DNA from: Pseudomonadota bacterium | Lineage (GTDB): Bacteria > Pseudomonadota > Gammaproteobacteria > QQUJ01 | Direction of reading: 5' to 3' | Assembly (NCBI GenBank): GCA_008501635.1 | Contig: QQUJ01000018.1 | Location: 335,286-399,285 of the forward strand | Length of the DNA: 64,000 nucleotides | Shown here: piece after piece, positions 1 to 9,031 of the stretch | How positions within the stretch are numbered: position 1 is the first letter of the stretch | Layout: each line of letters opens with the position of its first letter | Program-made: the position numbers and the translations under genes | Notes under the pieces: generated by a model | What the model saw: the letters and a program-made list of their open reading frames with translations, nothing else | Databases searched by the model: none | Told to the model about the DNA's origin: nothing

Positions 1-471
1 CGGCGAGAGATAAAGGGTGGCAAAACCGCCGTCGCGAAACGCCTGCGCACGGGTTTTATCGCCACCCAGCAGATTCACCACGTCGAAGTGTTTGCCTTTG
101 GCCTGGAGGATGGCACCGTCCTCCAACCGGCCCAGTTGACTGATGGTCGCATCGACCGGGGAGACCAGCACATTGTCGCCCGCGGCGATCGTGCGTGCCC
201 CGGCGCGCAGCGCGCGCGTGAAAAAGTCATTGAAGGTCCTGAAGGCATCGGGGTCCTGAATCTCCGCTGCGCTGAGGTCGATCTTGAACCTGCGCAGAAA
301 GAACCGGATCAGGCCTTTGCGGATCAGCCGGTTGCGGCTTCGCGCCAGCACATGCATGCCGCGCGACAGCAGGTGGTGCGGCAGTAAGCGCTGCGGGATC
401 GCCTTGCAGTGATCGATCAGCTGGGCTGGTTCACCGGCAGGGGTGTCGGATGCTGAGTCGGCGTCGTTCAT
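1..471 (-). CDS. psd: phosphatidylserine decarboxylase proenzyme, N-terminal portion (3' end lies beyond the window start)
   Basis: Reverse-strand translation from ATG (complement of cat at ~469-471): MNDADSASDT...[76 protein letters not shown]. This matches the conserved N-terminal half of bacterial Psd (E. coli ...YRTFNEFFVRPL...[35 protein letters not shown]). It is absent from the ORF track because it runs off the edge. Confidence 0.7.
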   Translation of the reverse strand, partial: MNDADSASDTPAGEPAQLIDHCKAIPQRLLPHHLLSRGMHVLARSRNRLIRKGLIRFFLRRFKIDLSAAEIQDPDAFRTFNDFFTRALRAGARTIAAGDNVLVSPVDATISQLGRLEDGAILQAKGKHFDVVNLLGGDKTRAQAFRDGGFATLYLSP

Positions 472-564
472 GCGGTTGCGTGGTGTGGGCCCAAGGGCAC
501 AAAAACGGCTGCGATTGTGTCAGCTTGAGCGCCGATTATCCAGGCATGACACCGCGATAGGGAT

Positions 565-1386
565 CTATTCGATGGGGAGGTCGGGGGTGTTGCCCCATTC
601 GGACCACGAACCCGCGTAGGCGCGCACCCGTTCATAATCCAGCGATTTGAGCACGATGTAGAGGTGGGCGGAGCGGTGGTGGGTCTGGCAGTAGACGATG
701 ATCTCGCGGCTCGGGATGGCGCCGCGCACCTCCAGCATGTCGCGCAGCGTATCGCTCGCCTTGAGCCGCAGGTTGCGCTGGCTGTCCATGGTCTCGGTCC
801 ACTCCAGGTTGACCGCGCCGGGGATGTGGCCGCCGCGGGCTGCAAACACCTTGGTACCCCCGTACTCGGCCGGGGAGCGCGCATCGAGCAGTTTCACCTC
901 GGGATCGTTGAGATGGTTGAGCACGTACTCCCTGGTGGCCAGGGGTGCGTCGTTGAGTTCTACCGGATAGCGTGCAAGATCACGCAGCACCGTATCACCG
1001 TTCAGCGGGTGGCGTTCGTTGGCCCAGGCGTGTAGACCGCCGTTGAGCAGCGAGTAGCTGGTGTGACCCGCCAGCTCCAGTGTCCACAGCAGCCGCGCCG
1101 CGCGCCCGCCACCCTCGTCGTCGTAGGCCACCACATGCGTTTCCGGGGTGAGCCCAATGCCGGAGAAGAGCGCGGTGAGACGCCCGGCATTGGGTGGCAA
1201 CCCCATGGCCGGCTTGCGGGGTTGAATGAGTTGACCGTAATCAAGGTGAATCGCGCCGGGGACGTGATACTGGTGGTAAACCTCGGGTTTGCACAGATCC
1301 ACCACCAGTAGTCCGTCACTGCCCAGGGCAGCCTCCAGTTGGTCGGGTTCGACGATCAGGGGCAGGTCGGAAACATTCATTGACAC
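565..1386 (-). CDS. two-domain rhodanese-like sulfurtransferase (thiosulfate/3-mercaptopyruvate sulfurtransferase family)
   Basis: 273-aa ORF with two rhodanese modules. The C-terminal module carries the catalytic Cys loop (IIVYCQTHHRSAH). Typical SseA/TST-like architecture, lying immediately upstream of psd on the same strand. Confidence 0.75.
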   Translation of the reverse strand: MSMNVSDLPLIVEPDQLEAALGSDGLLVVDLCKPEVYHQYHVPGAIHLDYGQLIQPRKPAMGLPPNAGRLTALFSGIGLTPETHVVAYDDEGGGRAARLLWTLELAGHTSYSLLNGGLHAWANERHPLNGDTVLRDLARYPVELNDAPLATREYVLNHLNDPEVKLLDARSPAEYGGTKVFAARGGHIPGAVNLEWTETMDSQRNLRLKASDTLRDMLEVRGAIPSREIIVYCQTHHRSAHLYIVLKSLDYERVRAYAGSWSEWGNTPDLPIE

Positions 1387-1607
1387 ATCCTCGGTACGAT
1401 CAGCTTACCCGCAATGATCAGGGTCGATGGAGCAAGAGCGATGGGGTGTTGCGAAAGAGCGCATATTCTACCGTTTTTGTCAGGTAGCGGTAAGGCGCGC
1501 GCGCTTGTGGTTGCGGTGGCGGTTCGCCTACATTGGTAGTTTATGGAGAAGTCGTTGACGGTACGAAAGACAAACAGGACACGGCGTACGGCGTGGTCTG
1601 AGGGTGC

Positions 1608-2654
1608 GTGGTGAGCGGTTTTCGCAGCTCCCGCCAGCAGGTGTCGGGTTGGCTGCGTCGGCTTGCCGAATCCTATACGGTCCATTTCCCGCAACCCGAG
1701 GGAAGTGCCAACTGGAACTACCACCCATTGGCTCCCGAGAGCGCGGTGACTCTGGCGGGCTACCGTCCCACGATCATCCCGCCGGGCCGGCATCTGATGC
1801 CCGACCAGGAGGTGCTGTTTGGCTTTCGTCGTCGCCCCGAGGGGGGTATTGAATTCATTGAGATGCCGCCCGCGCCGTCGCAGATCATTGCCGGGGTACG
1901 CCCCTGCGATCTGCGCGCCATCGTGCAGATGGACGCGGTACACGCCGATCCACCCAGCGATACCCACTACCTGCGCCGTCGCGCCGCCACCCGTATCATC
2001 GCGTTCAATTGCCTGCAACCCTGCGATGATCGCGCATTCTGCGCAGCCACCGGCGCCTTGTCGCAGCGCGAGGGGGCCGATTGTTTCGTCACGCTGATCG
2101 GCGATGAAGCGGTGATCGAAGCGCTCACGCGCGCGGGCGAGTCGCTGTTGGAAGCCGCCGGTTTCGATTCCTGCGAGGATGCCGTCGCGCGTCGTCAGGC
2201 TGCCGAGGCCGGTCGCCCGCAACCCTTCGGCCGCCAATTGGAGGCGCCTGCGCAGCAGATGCCGGAATTGTTACGCAAGGCGTACCACTCGCCTGTCTGG
2301 GCGTACTACGCTGAACGCTGCTTTTCTTGCGGCACCTGCAATCTGGTCTGCCCCACCTGTTACTGCTTCGAGGTGTGCGATGAGATGGCGCTGGGCGGCC
2401 AATCGGGCCAGCGTACCCGCACCTGGGACGGCTGCATGGTGCCCGGGTTCGCGGAAGTGGCCGGCGGCCACAACTTTCGCGCCGCAGCCGCCGAGCGCCA
2501 GCGCCACCGTATCAAGCGCAAGTTTGAATACCTGCCCGAGCGCTTTGGCCTGGGGAGTTTCTGTGTCGGTTGCGGGCGTTGCGGTCGCCAGTGCACCACC
2601 GATATCGATATCTTCGACATGGTCAACGACATCGCCCGTGAGGCCTGCGGATGA
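1608..2654 (+). CDS. hydB: [NiFe] hydrogenase group 3b (sulfhydrogenase-type) beta subunit, Fe-S protein (HydB/AsrA-like)
   Basis: 348 aa. Ferredoxin-type Cys cluster CFSCGTCNLVCPTCYCFEVCDE plus a C-terminal CVGCGRCGRQCTTDID motif. It is the first gene of a beta-gamma-delta-alpha cluster in the same order as P. furiosus hydBGDA. The start codon (GTG at 1608) is uncertain. The stop overlaps the next gene. Confidence 0.75.
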   Translation: MVSGFRSSRQQVSGWLRRLAESYTVHFPQPEGSANWNYHPLAPESAVTLAGYRPTIIPPGRHLMPDQEVLFGFRRRPEGGIEFIEMPPAPSQIIAGVRPCDLRAIVQMDAVHADPPSDTHYLRRRAATRIIAFNCLQPCDDRAFCAATGALSQREGADCFVTLIGDEAVIEALTRAGESLLEAAGFDSCEDAVARRQAAEAGRPQPFGRQLEAPAQQMPELLRKAYHSPVWAYYAERCFSCGTCNLVCPTCYCFEVCDEMALGGQSGQRTRTWDGCMVPGFAEVAGGHNFRAAAAERQRHRIKRKFEYLPERFGLGSFCVGCGRCGRQCTTDIDIFDMVNDIAREACG

Positions 2655-3484
2655 GTGCGCAACCCACTGATCTTTATCGCCCGCAAGTGGCGCGCATCGC
2701 CGAAGTGCGTGAACTGACCACGCGCGAAAAATACTTCCGACTCGAGCTGGAACAGCCGCTCAAGCACAAGCCGGGGCAGTTCGTGATGGTGAGTCTCTTC
2801 GGCATCGGCGAGTGCGCCATCTCCATCACCTGCGGACCGCATGCTCGGCCGGAAGTGGAGCTGGTGATCCGGCGCGCCGGCAACGTGACGGGCGTGATTC
2901 ACGGCTACAACGTGGGTGATGTCGTCGGCATCCGCGGTCCCTTCGGCAATGGTTTCGATCTTGACCGGTTTGCCAGGCGCGAGCTGGTCGTCGTTGCCGG
3001 TGGCCTGGGTCTGGTGCCGCTGCGTTCGTTGTTGCAACCGGTGGTGGCGGATCGTCTGCGCTTTGGATCGTTGACGCTGGTCACGGGAGCGCGCACACCG
3101 GCCGAGACGCTGTTCCGCGACGAGTTGACCGCCTGGTCGAAGATCGACGGAGTCACGGTGATCGAAACCGTCGACCGCACCGAGCACCAGCCATGGAACG
3201 GGCGGGTCGGCCTGGTGACGGGACCCATCGGTGAGTTGACGCTCGATCCTGCCAATACACGCGTTGTGTTGTGCGGACCGCCGGTGATGTACAAGTTTGT
3301 ACTGCTGGAGCTGGCGCAGCATCACGCGATTCCTGCGCAGCATATCTACGTCGACCTGGAACGGCGCATGCGTTGCGGCGTCGGCAAATGCGGTCACTGC
3401 CAGATCAATGAACTCTATTGCTGCCAGGATGGACCGGTGTTCCGCTACGCCGATCTGGCCAACTATCCGGAGGCGCTGTCATGA
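2651..3484 (+). CDS. hydG: [NiFe] hydrogenase group 3b gamma subunit, FAD/NAD(P)-binding oxidoreductase with C-terminal 2Fe-2S (HydG/AsrB/PyrK-like)
   Basis: 277 aa. Flavin reductase-like fold (RLELEQP...GQFVMVSL, VVAGGLGLVPL) and a C-terminal RMRCGVGKCGHCQ 2Fe-2S motif. ATGA overlap with hydB. The stop overlaps the start of the small subunit. Confidence 0.8.
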   Translation: MSAQPTDLYRPQVARIAEVRELTTREKYFRLELEQPLKHKPGQFVMVSLFGIGECAISITCGPHARPEVELVIRRAGNVTGVIHGYNVGDVVGIRGPFGNGFDLDRFARRELVVVAGGLGLVPLRSLLQPVVADRLRFGSLTLVTGARTPAETLFRDELTAWSKIDGVTVIETVDRTEHQPWNGRVGLVTGPIGELTLDPANTRVVLCGPPVMYKFVLLELAQHHAIPAQHIYVDLERRMRCGVGKCGHCQINELYCCQDGPVFRYADLANYPEALS

Positions 3485-4272
3485 GCGCCATGAAGCCCAA
3501 AATCGCCTTCTTCGATTTCGCCAGTTGCGAAGGTTGCCAGTTGGCGCTGCTCAATTGCGAAGACGTACTGCTGGAACTGTTGGAACATGTCGAACTGGTG
3601 GAGTTTCGCGAGGCGATGAGCGAAAAGGCACCGCGCTACGATATCGCCTTCATAGAAGGCAGCATCCATCGCGAAGAGGATGTGGAACGGCTGCACGACG
3701 TTCGCGCGCGTACCAGATATCTCGTCGCCCTGGGTGCCTGCGCCGACACGGGTAACGTGCAGGCGCGCGCCAACGCCGTTGCGCCGGCGGTGAATTTTCA
3801 ACGCGTCTACGGCGAAGAGGCGCGCAACAGCGTACAGGCCGACGGTAACTACTGGCCGTTGTGGGCGCACACCCGCGTGCGTGCCGTGCACGAGGTGGTG
3901 GCGGTCGATTACACGCTGCGCGGTTGTCCCATGGTGGCGGAGGAGTTTCTGCGGCTGGTCAAGGCGCTCATCAGCGGGCAGATCCCGCGCTTTCCCGCCA
4001 ATGCCGTGTGCGTCGAGTGCAAGAAGAACGGCAACGAATGCGTCTACGATCGTGGCCTCGCCTGTCTCGGCCCTATTGCCTACGGCGGTTGCGACTCGGT
4101 CTGCATCAACGGCGGTCACGTCTGCGATGGTTGCCGTGGCCTGTTGCCCTACGCCAACGTCGATGCGCATCGCGATCTTCTGCGCAGCATGGGCATAGGC
4201 GATCGCGCGATTCTGCATCGCTACAGCCTGCATTGCAGCAGCGACGCGCGCCTCAAGGGGTCGGCGCAATGA
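3481..4272 (+). CDS. hydD: [NiFe] hydrogenase small (delta) subunit
   Basis: Starts at ATG 3481 (MSAMKPKIAFFDFASCEGCQLALL), the proximal Cys motif of NiFe small subunits. It has further Cys clusters (CVECKKNGNECVYDRGLACLGPIAYGGCDSVCINGGHVCDGC). Its stop (4270-4272) overlaps the large-subunit ATG (ATGA). Confidence 0.85.
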   Translation: MSAMKPKIAFFDFASCEGCQLALLNCEDVLLELLEHVELVEFREAMSEKAPRYDIAFIEGSIHREEDVERLHDVRARTRYLVALGACADTGNVQARANAVAPAVNFQRVYGEEARNSVQADGNYWPLWAHTRVRAVHEVVAVDYTLRGCPMVAEEFLRLVKALISGQIPRFPANAVCVECKKNGNECVYDRGLACLGPIAYGGCDSVCINGGHVCDGCRGLLPYANVDAHRDLLRSMGIGDRAILHRYSLHCSSDARLKGSAQ

Positions 4273-5564
4273 GCGGCACCCATCGCATTCACATCGAACA
4301 CGTGACCCGCGTCGAGGGACACGGCAGTATTCGCATCAACACCCGCGCAGGCGTGGTGGAAGAGGTGAAGCTGGAGGTCGTCGAGGCCAACCGCTTTTTC
4401 GAGAGCGTGGTGCTCGGAATGCCGGCGCAGGATGTGGCGCAGACGGTGAGCCGCATCTGCGGCATCTGCTGCGTCGGGCATCAACTGGCAGCGTTGAAGG
4501 CGGTGGAGGCCGCGCTCGGCATCGTCCCCAGTACACAGACCATCCTGCTGCGCAAGCTGCTCAACGAATCGCAATTTCTACAAAGCCATTCGCTGCATCT
4601 CTACTTCCTCGCGGTGCCCGATTTCGTCGGCACCAAGAGCGTGTTGCCGCTCGCCAGTTCGCATCCCGAGCTGGTGCGCCGCGCGTTGAAACTGAAAAAG
4701 CTCGCCAACGATTTCACCGCAGTGATCGGCGGGCGCACGCTGCACCCCATGACTCCCGCACTGGGTGGATTCCGCAAATGGCCGGCGCAGGATGCCCTGG
4801 CCGCTATCCGCCGCCGCCTGGCCGAATCACTGCCCGAAGTACAGACCATGGTGGAGTTCATGAGCGACCTGAAACTTCCCGAACTGGAGCGCGAGACCGA
4901 ATACGTCTCATTGAAGCACCCCGACGAGTACGCCCTCTATGACGGCACGATCCACAGCTCCGATACCGGCGAACAGGTCGCCGTGGCCGACTATCGCCAG
5001 GCGACCAACGAGTTCACGATTGCACACTCCACCGCCAAATGGGCGCGCTGGCACCGCGACAGCTACATGGTTGGAGCGCTGGCACGGATCAACAACAATT
5101 TCGCGCAACTGCGACCCGAAGCGCAGGAGGTGGCCATGCAGCTGGGGATCAAGGTGCCGAGCTACAATCCCTATCAGAACAATCTCGCGCAGTTGGTGGA
5201 ACTGGTTCACTGTACGCACAACTCGCTGGCAATGCTTGACGAGGTGCTGGATGGAAACTCTGAATCGGCACCACCCGCGGTTAGGGCAGCGGCAGGTTGC
5301 GGCGCCGGCGCGGTGGAGGTGCCACGCGGCGTGCTGTTCCATGAATACGGCTTCGACGACGATGGTTGCTGCATCAGCGCCGATGCCGTGATTCCCACCA
5401 GTCAGAACGTCAACAACATCGAAAAGGATATGCACGCCTTCGTGCCGCAACTGCTCGGCAAGGTGGAAGAGGGGGAACTCGCCCACACCATGGAGATGCT
5501 GGTGCGTGCTTACGATCCCTGCATCTCCTGTTCGGTGCATCTACTGGAGGTGGAGTTCGTTTGA
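4269..5564 (+). CDS. hydA: [NiFe] hydrogenase large (alpha) subunit
   Basis: Starts MSGTHRIHIEHVTRVEGHG. The N-terminal Ni-binding RICGICCVGH (RxCGxCxxxH) and C-terminal DPCISCSVH (DPCxxCxxH) motifs are both present. A short 7-aa extension (LLEVEFV) after the C-terminal His is consistent with proteolytic maturation. ~431 aa is typical for group 3. Confidence 0.9.
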   Translation: MSGTHRIHIEHVTRVEGHGSIRINTRAGVVEEVKLEVVEANRFFESVVLGMPAQDVAQTVSRICGICCVGHQLAALKAVEAALGIVPSTQTILLRKLLNESQFLQSHSLHLYFLAVPDFVGTKSVLPLASSHPELVRRALKLKKLANDFTAVIGGRTLHPMTPALGGFRKWPAQDALAAIRRRLAESLPEVQTMVEFMSDLKLPELERETEYVSLKHPDEYALYDGTIHSSDTGEQVAVADYRQATNEFTIAHSTAKWARWHRDSYMVGALARINNNFAQLRPEAQEVAMQLGIKVPSYNPYQNNLAQLVELVHCTHNSLAMLDEVLDGNSESAPPAVRAAAGCGAGAVEVPRGVLFHEYGFDDDGCCISADAVIPTSQNVNNIEKDMHAFVPQLLGKVEEGELAHTMEMLVRAYDPCISCSVHLLEVEFV

Positions 5565-6061
5565 CGGCGGGTGATGATGCTATCCGCTTGATCGTCGCGG
5601 GGCTGGGCAACCGCGCGCGCGGCGACGATGGCATCGGGGTGCACCTGGTGGAATCGATGCGATACACGCTGCCTCCTGGAGTGGAAGGTGTGGTATGGGA
5701 GGGCGCCGACGCCTACACGCTGGCGCAGGAGTTGATCGAGCGTGAGCGGCCGGTGCTGTTTGTCGATTGTGCGCAGATAGGGGGTGCTCCGGGGACATCG
5801 CGCTGGTGGGCGGAAGCGACGGCGAACATGGTTCTGTCTGCCGAGGGAAACTCGACGCATGGCTTGACGCTGGGTGACGGCATCGATCTGGCGCGTGGCC
5901 TGGGGTTCGGGCAGCCGCTCTACTTCTTTGGCGTGCAACCCGCGAGCATCGGCCACAGTCTGCATTTGAGCCGGGAAGTGCGGGAAGCCTATGCAGTGTT
6001 GGAGCAATCCTTGCTGAGTACCATCGACGCCTTGCTGATAAGTATCGAGCGTGAGCACTGA
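5561..6061 (+). CDS. hydrogenase maturation endopeptidase (HycI/HoxW/HybD family)
   Basis: TTG start at 5561 overlaps the large-subunit stop. LIVAGLGNRARGDDGIGVHLVE matches the GxGNxxxxDDGxG signature of hydrogenase C-terminal proteases, directly downstream of the large subunit. The longer ATG-initiated track ORF 5366..6061 overlaps hydA and was rejected. Confidence 0.75.
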   Translation: MTAGDDAIRLIVAGLGNRARGDDGIGVHLVESMRYTLPPGVEGVVWEGADAYTLAQELIERERPVLFVDCAQIGGAPGTSRWWAEATANMVLSAEGNSTHGLTLGDGIDLARGLGFGQPLYFFGVQPASIGHSLHLSREVREAYAVLEQSLLSTIDALLISIEREH

Positions 6062-7412
6062 ATCGATCATCTGCTGCGTGCAGGATGTGCACACCCGCGA
6101 ACTGGTGGACCGCATCGGGTGGGCCGTACGCCTGCGCTGGTTTTTTGTCGTCGCCTGCTTTGTCGCCGCAGGATTCGCAGCGCTGCCGATGGCGCCCTTG
6201 AATCTGGAGCCCGGCTATTTTCTAGCGGTTGGTGGTGTATTGCTGTTCGCCAATCTTTTCTACCGCTGGCAGGCGCATCAGGCCAAGGTGCGTTGTCCGG
6301 GCACCGGCGATCTGCGCAGGCTCTGCCTGCTGCAGGTGATGGGTGACTACATGGCGCTGGCGGTGGTTGCTTACGCGCTGGGTACCGTCGAGACTCCGGT
6401 GCTGTTTCTGGTGTTGCCCAACATCATCGTCGTGGCGCTCTTTTTTACACCGCGCCAGGGTTTGGCGGTGACTGTGACGGCGTTACTCATGGTCACTTCG
6501 CCACTGCTGTTGGAGACGGTGGGTGTGCTGCCCGAGCGTGTGTTGTTTGCCTCGCCGCTCAAGCGCCTGTTGCTCGATCAACCTCTGGCTCTGGCGGCCT
6601 TTCTCGGTGTGCTGGTCGCCTGCGTATTGGTCTGTTGGTATCTGGTCAGCGTGATCACCGAACGCCTGGTACACAATGAGCTCGAGCTGGAACAGAGTTA
6701 CGAGCAGATGGTGCGCCTCGACGAAGAACGAACACGTGCCGTGCTGCGCGGCACGCACGAACTCAAGGCACCGCTGGCGGCGATCAAGAGCTACGTATTC
6801 ACGCTGCGCGACGGCTACGGCGGAGAGTTGCCCGACAAGGCGCAGAAGATTGTCGAGCGCATCGGACGTCGCTGTGACCGGCTGCTGGCCAAGATTACCG
6901 ATATCATGCGCCTCAGTAACCTGCGTACCTACGTCTACACCGGTACGCAGTTCGAGAATGTGGATCTGCTGGAGGTGATGAGTCAGTTCGTCAACGAAGC
7001 CGAAGAGCTGGGGCGCACGCGCAATGTCACCATTGGGCTGGAAAACCGCATTGATGGCAGCGCGCTGGTGCGGGCGACGCGTGAACATCTGCACACGCTT
7101 TTCTCCAACCTGTTGGCGAATGCTGTTCAATACTCGCACGACGGAGAGCAGGTGATGGTCCGCTTGCTGACCGCGGAGAAGCGCATCGTCGTCGAAGTCG
7201 AGGATCACGGCATCGGAGTCCCGCCCGATGCGCGGCAAAGCATCTTCGATGAGTTCTACCGCGCGCGCAACGCTGCTGCGCATCATGAGGGTGGCACCGG
7301 GTTGGGTTTGCCCATCGTCAAGGCCACCGCGCGGGTGCTGGGAGCGACGGTGGAAGTGCTCGATGCTCACCCGCAGGGGAGCGTGTTCCGCGTCACGCTA
7401 CCGACGGGGTGA
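6051..7412 (+). CDS. membrane-bound sensor histidine kinase (multi-TM N-terminal domain, HisKA + HATPase_c)
   Basis: ~6 hydrophobic helices in the first ~200 aa. The H-box is GTHELKAPLAAIKSYV. N/G-box elements are NLLANAVQYS, EDHGIGVP and GGTGLGLPI. The start codon is uncertain (GTG 6051). Confidence 0.8.
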   Translation: MSTESIICCVQDVHTRELVDRIGWAVRLRWFFVVACFVAAGFAALPMAPLNLEPGYFLAVGGVLLFANLFYRWQAHQAKVRCPGTGDLRRLCLLQVMGDYMALAVVAYALGTVETPVLFLVLPNIIVVALFFTPRQGLAVTVTALLMVTSPLLLETVGVLPERVLFASPLKRLLLDQPLALAAFLGVLVACVLVCWYLVSVITERLVHNELELEQSYEQMVRLDEERTRAVLRGTHELKAPLAAIKSYVFTLRDGYGGELPDKAQKIVERIGRRCDRLLAKITDIMRLSNLRTYVYTGTQFENVDLLEVMSQFVNEAEELGRTRNVTIGLENRIDGSALVRATREHLHTLFSNLLANAVQYSHDGEQVMVRLLTAEKRIVVEVEDHGIGVPPDARQSIFDEFYRARNAAAHHEGGTGLGLPIVKATARVLGATVEVLDAHPQGSVFRVTLPTG

Positions 7413-7442
7413 TGCGAAATTCCTGGAAAGAGGGGTAATGCC

Positions 7443-7844
7443 ATGGCGCGCATACTGATCATCGACGACGATCTCGACATCATCGACAGTATTACTTTGA
7501 TCCTCGAAGGGCACGGTCACCAGGTCGTTGCCAAGACCGATACCGAGGGTCTGAGCGAGTGCGTCAAGGCGCAGCATCCGGATCTGATACTGCTCGACAT
7601 CATTTTTCCTGACGATCCTCAGGCGGGTTTCAAAGCGGCACGTGAACTGGCGAATGACGTCGATCTACGGGCGATTCCCGTGCTGGTGCTGAGCGCAGTC
7701 AACGAACGCACCAATCTCGGCTTCAGTTTCTCAGAACGCGATATCAGCGATGATTTTCTGCCGGTGCAGGGTTTTCTTGAGAAGCCTGTCGAGCCGCAGG
7801 TGCTGCTGGAGAAAATCCGGGCATTGATACCGGTTGGCGGGTGA
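7443..7844 (+). CDS. single-domain response regulator (CheY-like receiver only)
   Basis: 133 aa: MARILIIDDDLDI...DLILLDIIFPDD...VLVLSAV...FLEKP has the receiver DD pocket, phospho-acceptor Asp, Ser/Thr and Lys in the expected order. It follows the kinase. Confidence 0.8.
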   Translation: MARILIIDDDLDIIDSITLILEGHGHQVVAKTDTEGLSECVKAQHPDLILLDIIFPDDPQAGFKAARELANDVDLRAIPVLVLSAVNERTNLGFSFSERDISDDFLPVQGFLEKPVEPQVLLEKIRALIPVGG

Positions 7845-8008
7845 TCGATTCGCCATGCGGCGCCATGCGAGCTATCCTAAAGGGGCACCGAAAATGCGCC
7901 ACCGGTTCAATTCAGTCCCGCGGTCGTTTAGAGCCCCGTGCGTTGTCGTACGCTGTTTTGAGTTGATCTTTGCGCTTTTTCACTGAATCCTACAACTGGA
8001 GAGATTTC

Positions 8009-8434
8009 ATGGCACAAGCAGCGGCGGGCGATTCTGTCCGTGTTCATTACACTGGCCGACTGAACGACGGCACCGTGTTCGATTCTTCCGAAGGGCGCGA
8101 CCCACTCGACTTTACGTTGGGGTCGGGTCAGGTGATTCCAGGCTTCGATGAGGCGGTTACCGGCATGACGGTCGGGGAGAGTGTCACTATCACCATCGAA
8201 CCGGAAAACGCCTACGGCGAACGGCGCGAAGAGATGGTGCAGCAGGTTCCGCGTTCCGACATCCCCGACGACATCGATCTCGCCGTCGGTATGCAGCTCC
8301 AGGCATCAGGCCCGCAGGGTGATATCGTCGTGACCGTCATCGAGATGTCGGACGAAACGATCAAACTCGACGCCAACCATCCGCTGGCTGGCAAGGCGTT
8401 GACCTTCGATCTGCAACTGGTTGAAATTGGTTGA
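8009..8434 (+). CDS. FKBP-type peptidyl-prolyl cis-trans isomerase (SlyD/SlpA-like, with IF insert, no His-rich tail)
   Basis: ATG at 8009 (MAQAAAGDSVRVHYTGRLNDGTVFDSS...PLDFTLGSGQVIPGFDEAVTGMTVGES...) is the classic FKBP fold with a SlyD-like insert-in-flap region. A strong terminator follows. Confidence 0.85.
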   Translation: MAQAAAGDSVRVHYTGRLNDGTVFDSSEGRDPLDFTLGSGQVIPGFDEAVTGMTVGESVTITIEPENAYGERREEMVQQVPRSDIPDDIDLAVGMQLQASGPQGDIVVTVIEMSDETIKLDANHPLAGKALTFDLQLVEIG

Positions 8435-8471
8435 TTGCTCGACTCAACAGCGCATAAATTTATAGATTAAG

Positions 8472-8499
8472 GAGTCGGCCCTGCGGCCGACTTTTTTTA
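8472..8499 (+). terminator. rho-independent terminator downstream of the FKBP gene
   Basis: agtcggcc-ctgc-ggccgact stem-loop followed by TTTTTTT. Confidence 0.8.
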
Positions 8500-9031
8500 T
8501 GCACCGCATGGAGCCTGCTGGCAGCGCAGGCGATGATTTTGATGTCCCTGCTCGCTGCGACAGGGAGTTGTTCAGGGAGAACGGCACCGTACCGCCGACG
8601 ATTTCAGAAGAGATGTTACCGGGAAACGGTACTCTGTTCCTGGGGTCTGGAGTCACTCGCAACCGACAGCAAATGGAAAAGGTTGCGCTCGATGAGCATG
8701 TGGAATCCAGGAAAGGCCCCGTTTCCCGGCCGTGATTTGGCATTCAACTGTTTGCAGTTTTTCGTTTGCCGAAAACAATGAGAGGGGGGTGGTATAGCCA
8801 TGGCAAGTGTCGAGCCATCGCACCGCAGTTGCCACGCAACAAGCGGACCCACGCGACCGGCCACGCCGGCGCGAGAACCGGTGCGTGGAGCACTGCTTTT
8901 TCGCTGCTGCAGCCCAGGAAACAGCTATCCTTCGAGGGGTGTCGCAGCTTGCAACAGAACTTGTGCGACCAGTGATCGGACCTCCGCCCTGGATCGGGAG
9001 CAATAGTTCAACGCCTTTTGGCAGTCATCAA

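Noticed and set aside
468-1319. ORFs 468..884(-), 664..1035(+), 1002..1319(-), 1063..1311(+)
   Set aside because: All overlap the rhodanese gene in other frames or strands and lack motifs.
3463-4269. 268-aa minus-strand ORF
   Set aside because: Antisense to the hydrogenase small-subunit gene, which has diagnostic Cys motifs.
5366-5560. ATG-initiated long form of the hydrogenase protease ORF
   Set aside because: It would overlap the last ~65 codons of hydA. The conserved protease N-terminal motif starts right after the TTG at 5561.
8807-9031. N-terminal 75-aa extension of the glycosylase ORF
   Set aside because: No similarity to AlkA/Mag N-termini. The conserved domain begins near ATG 9032.
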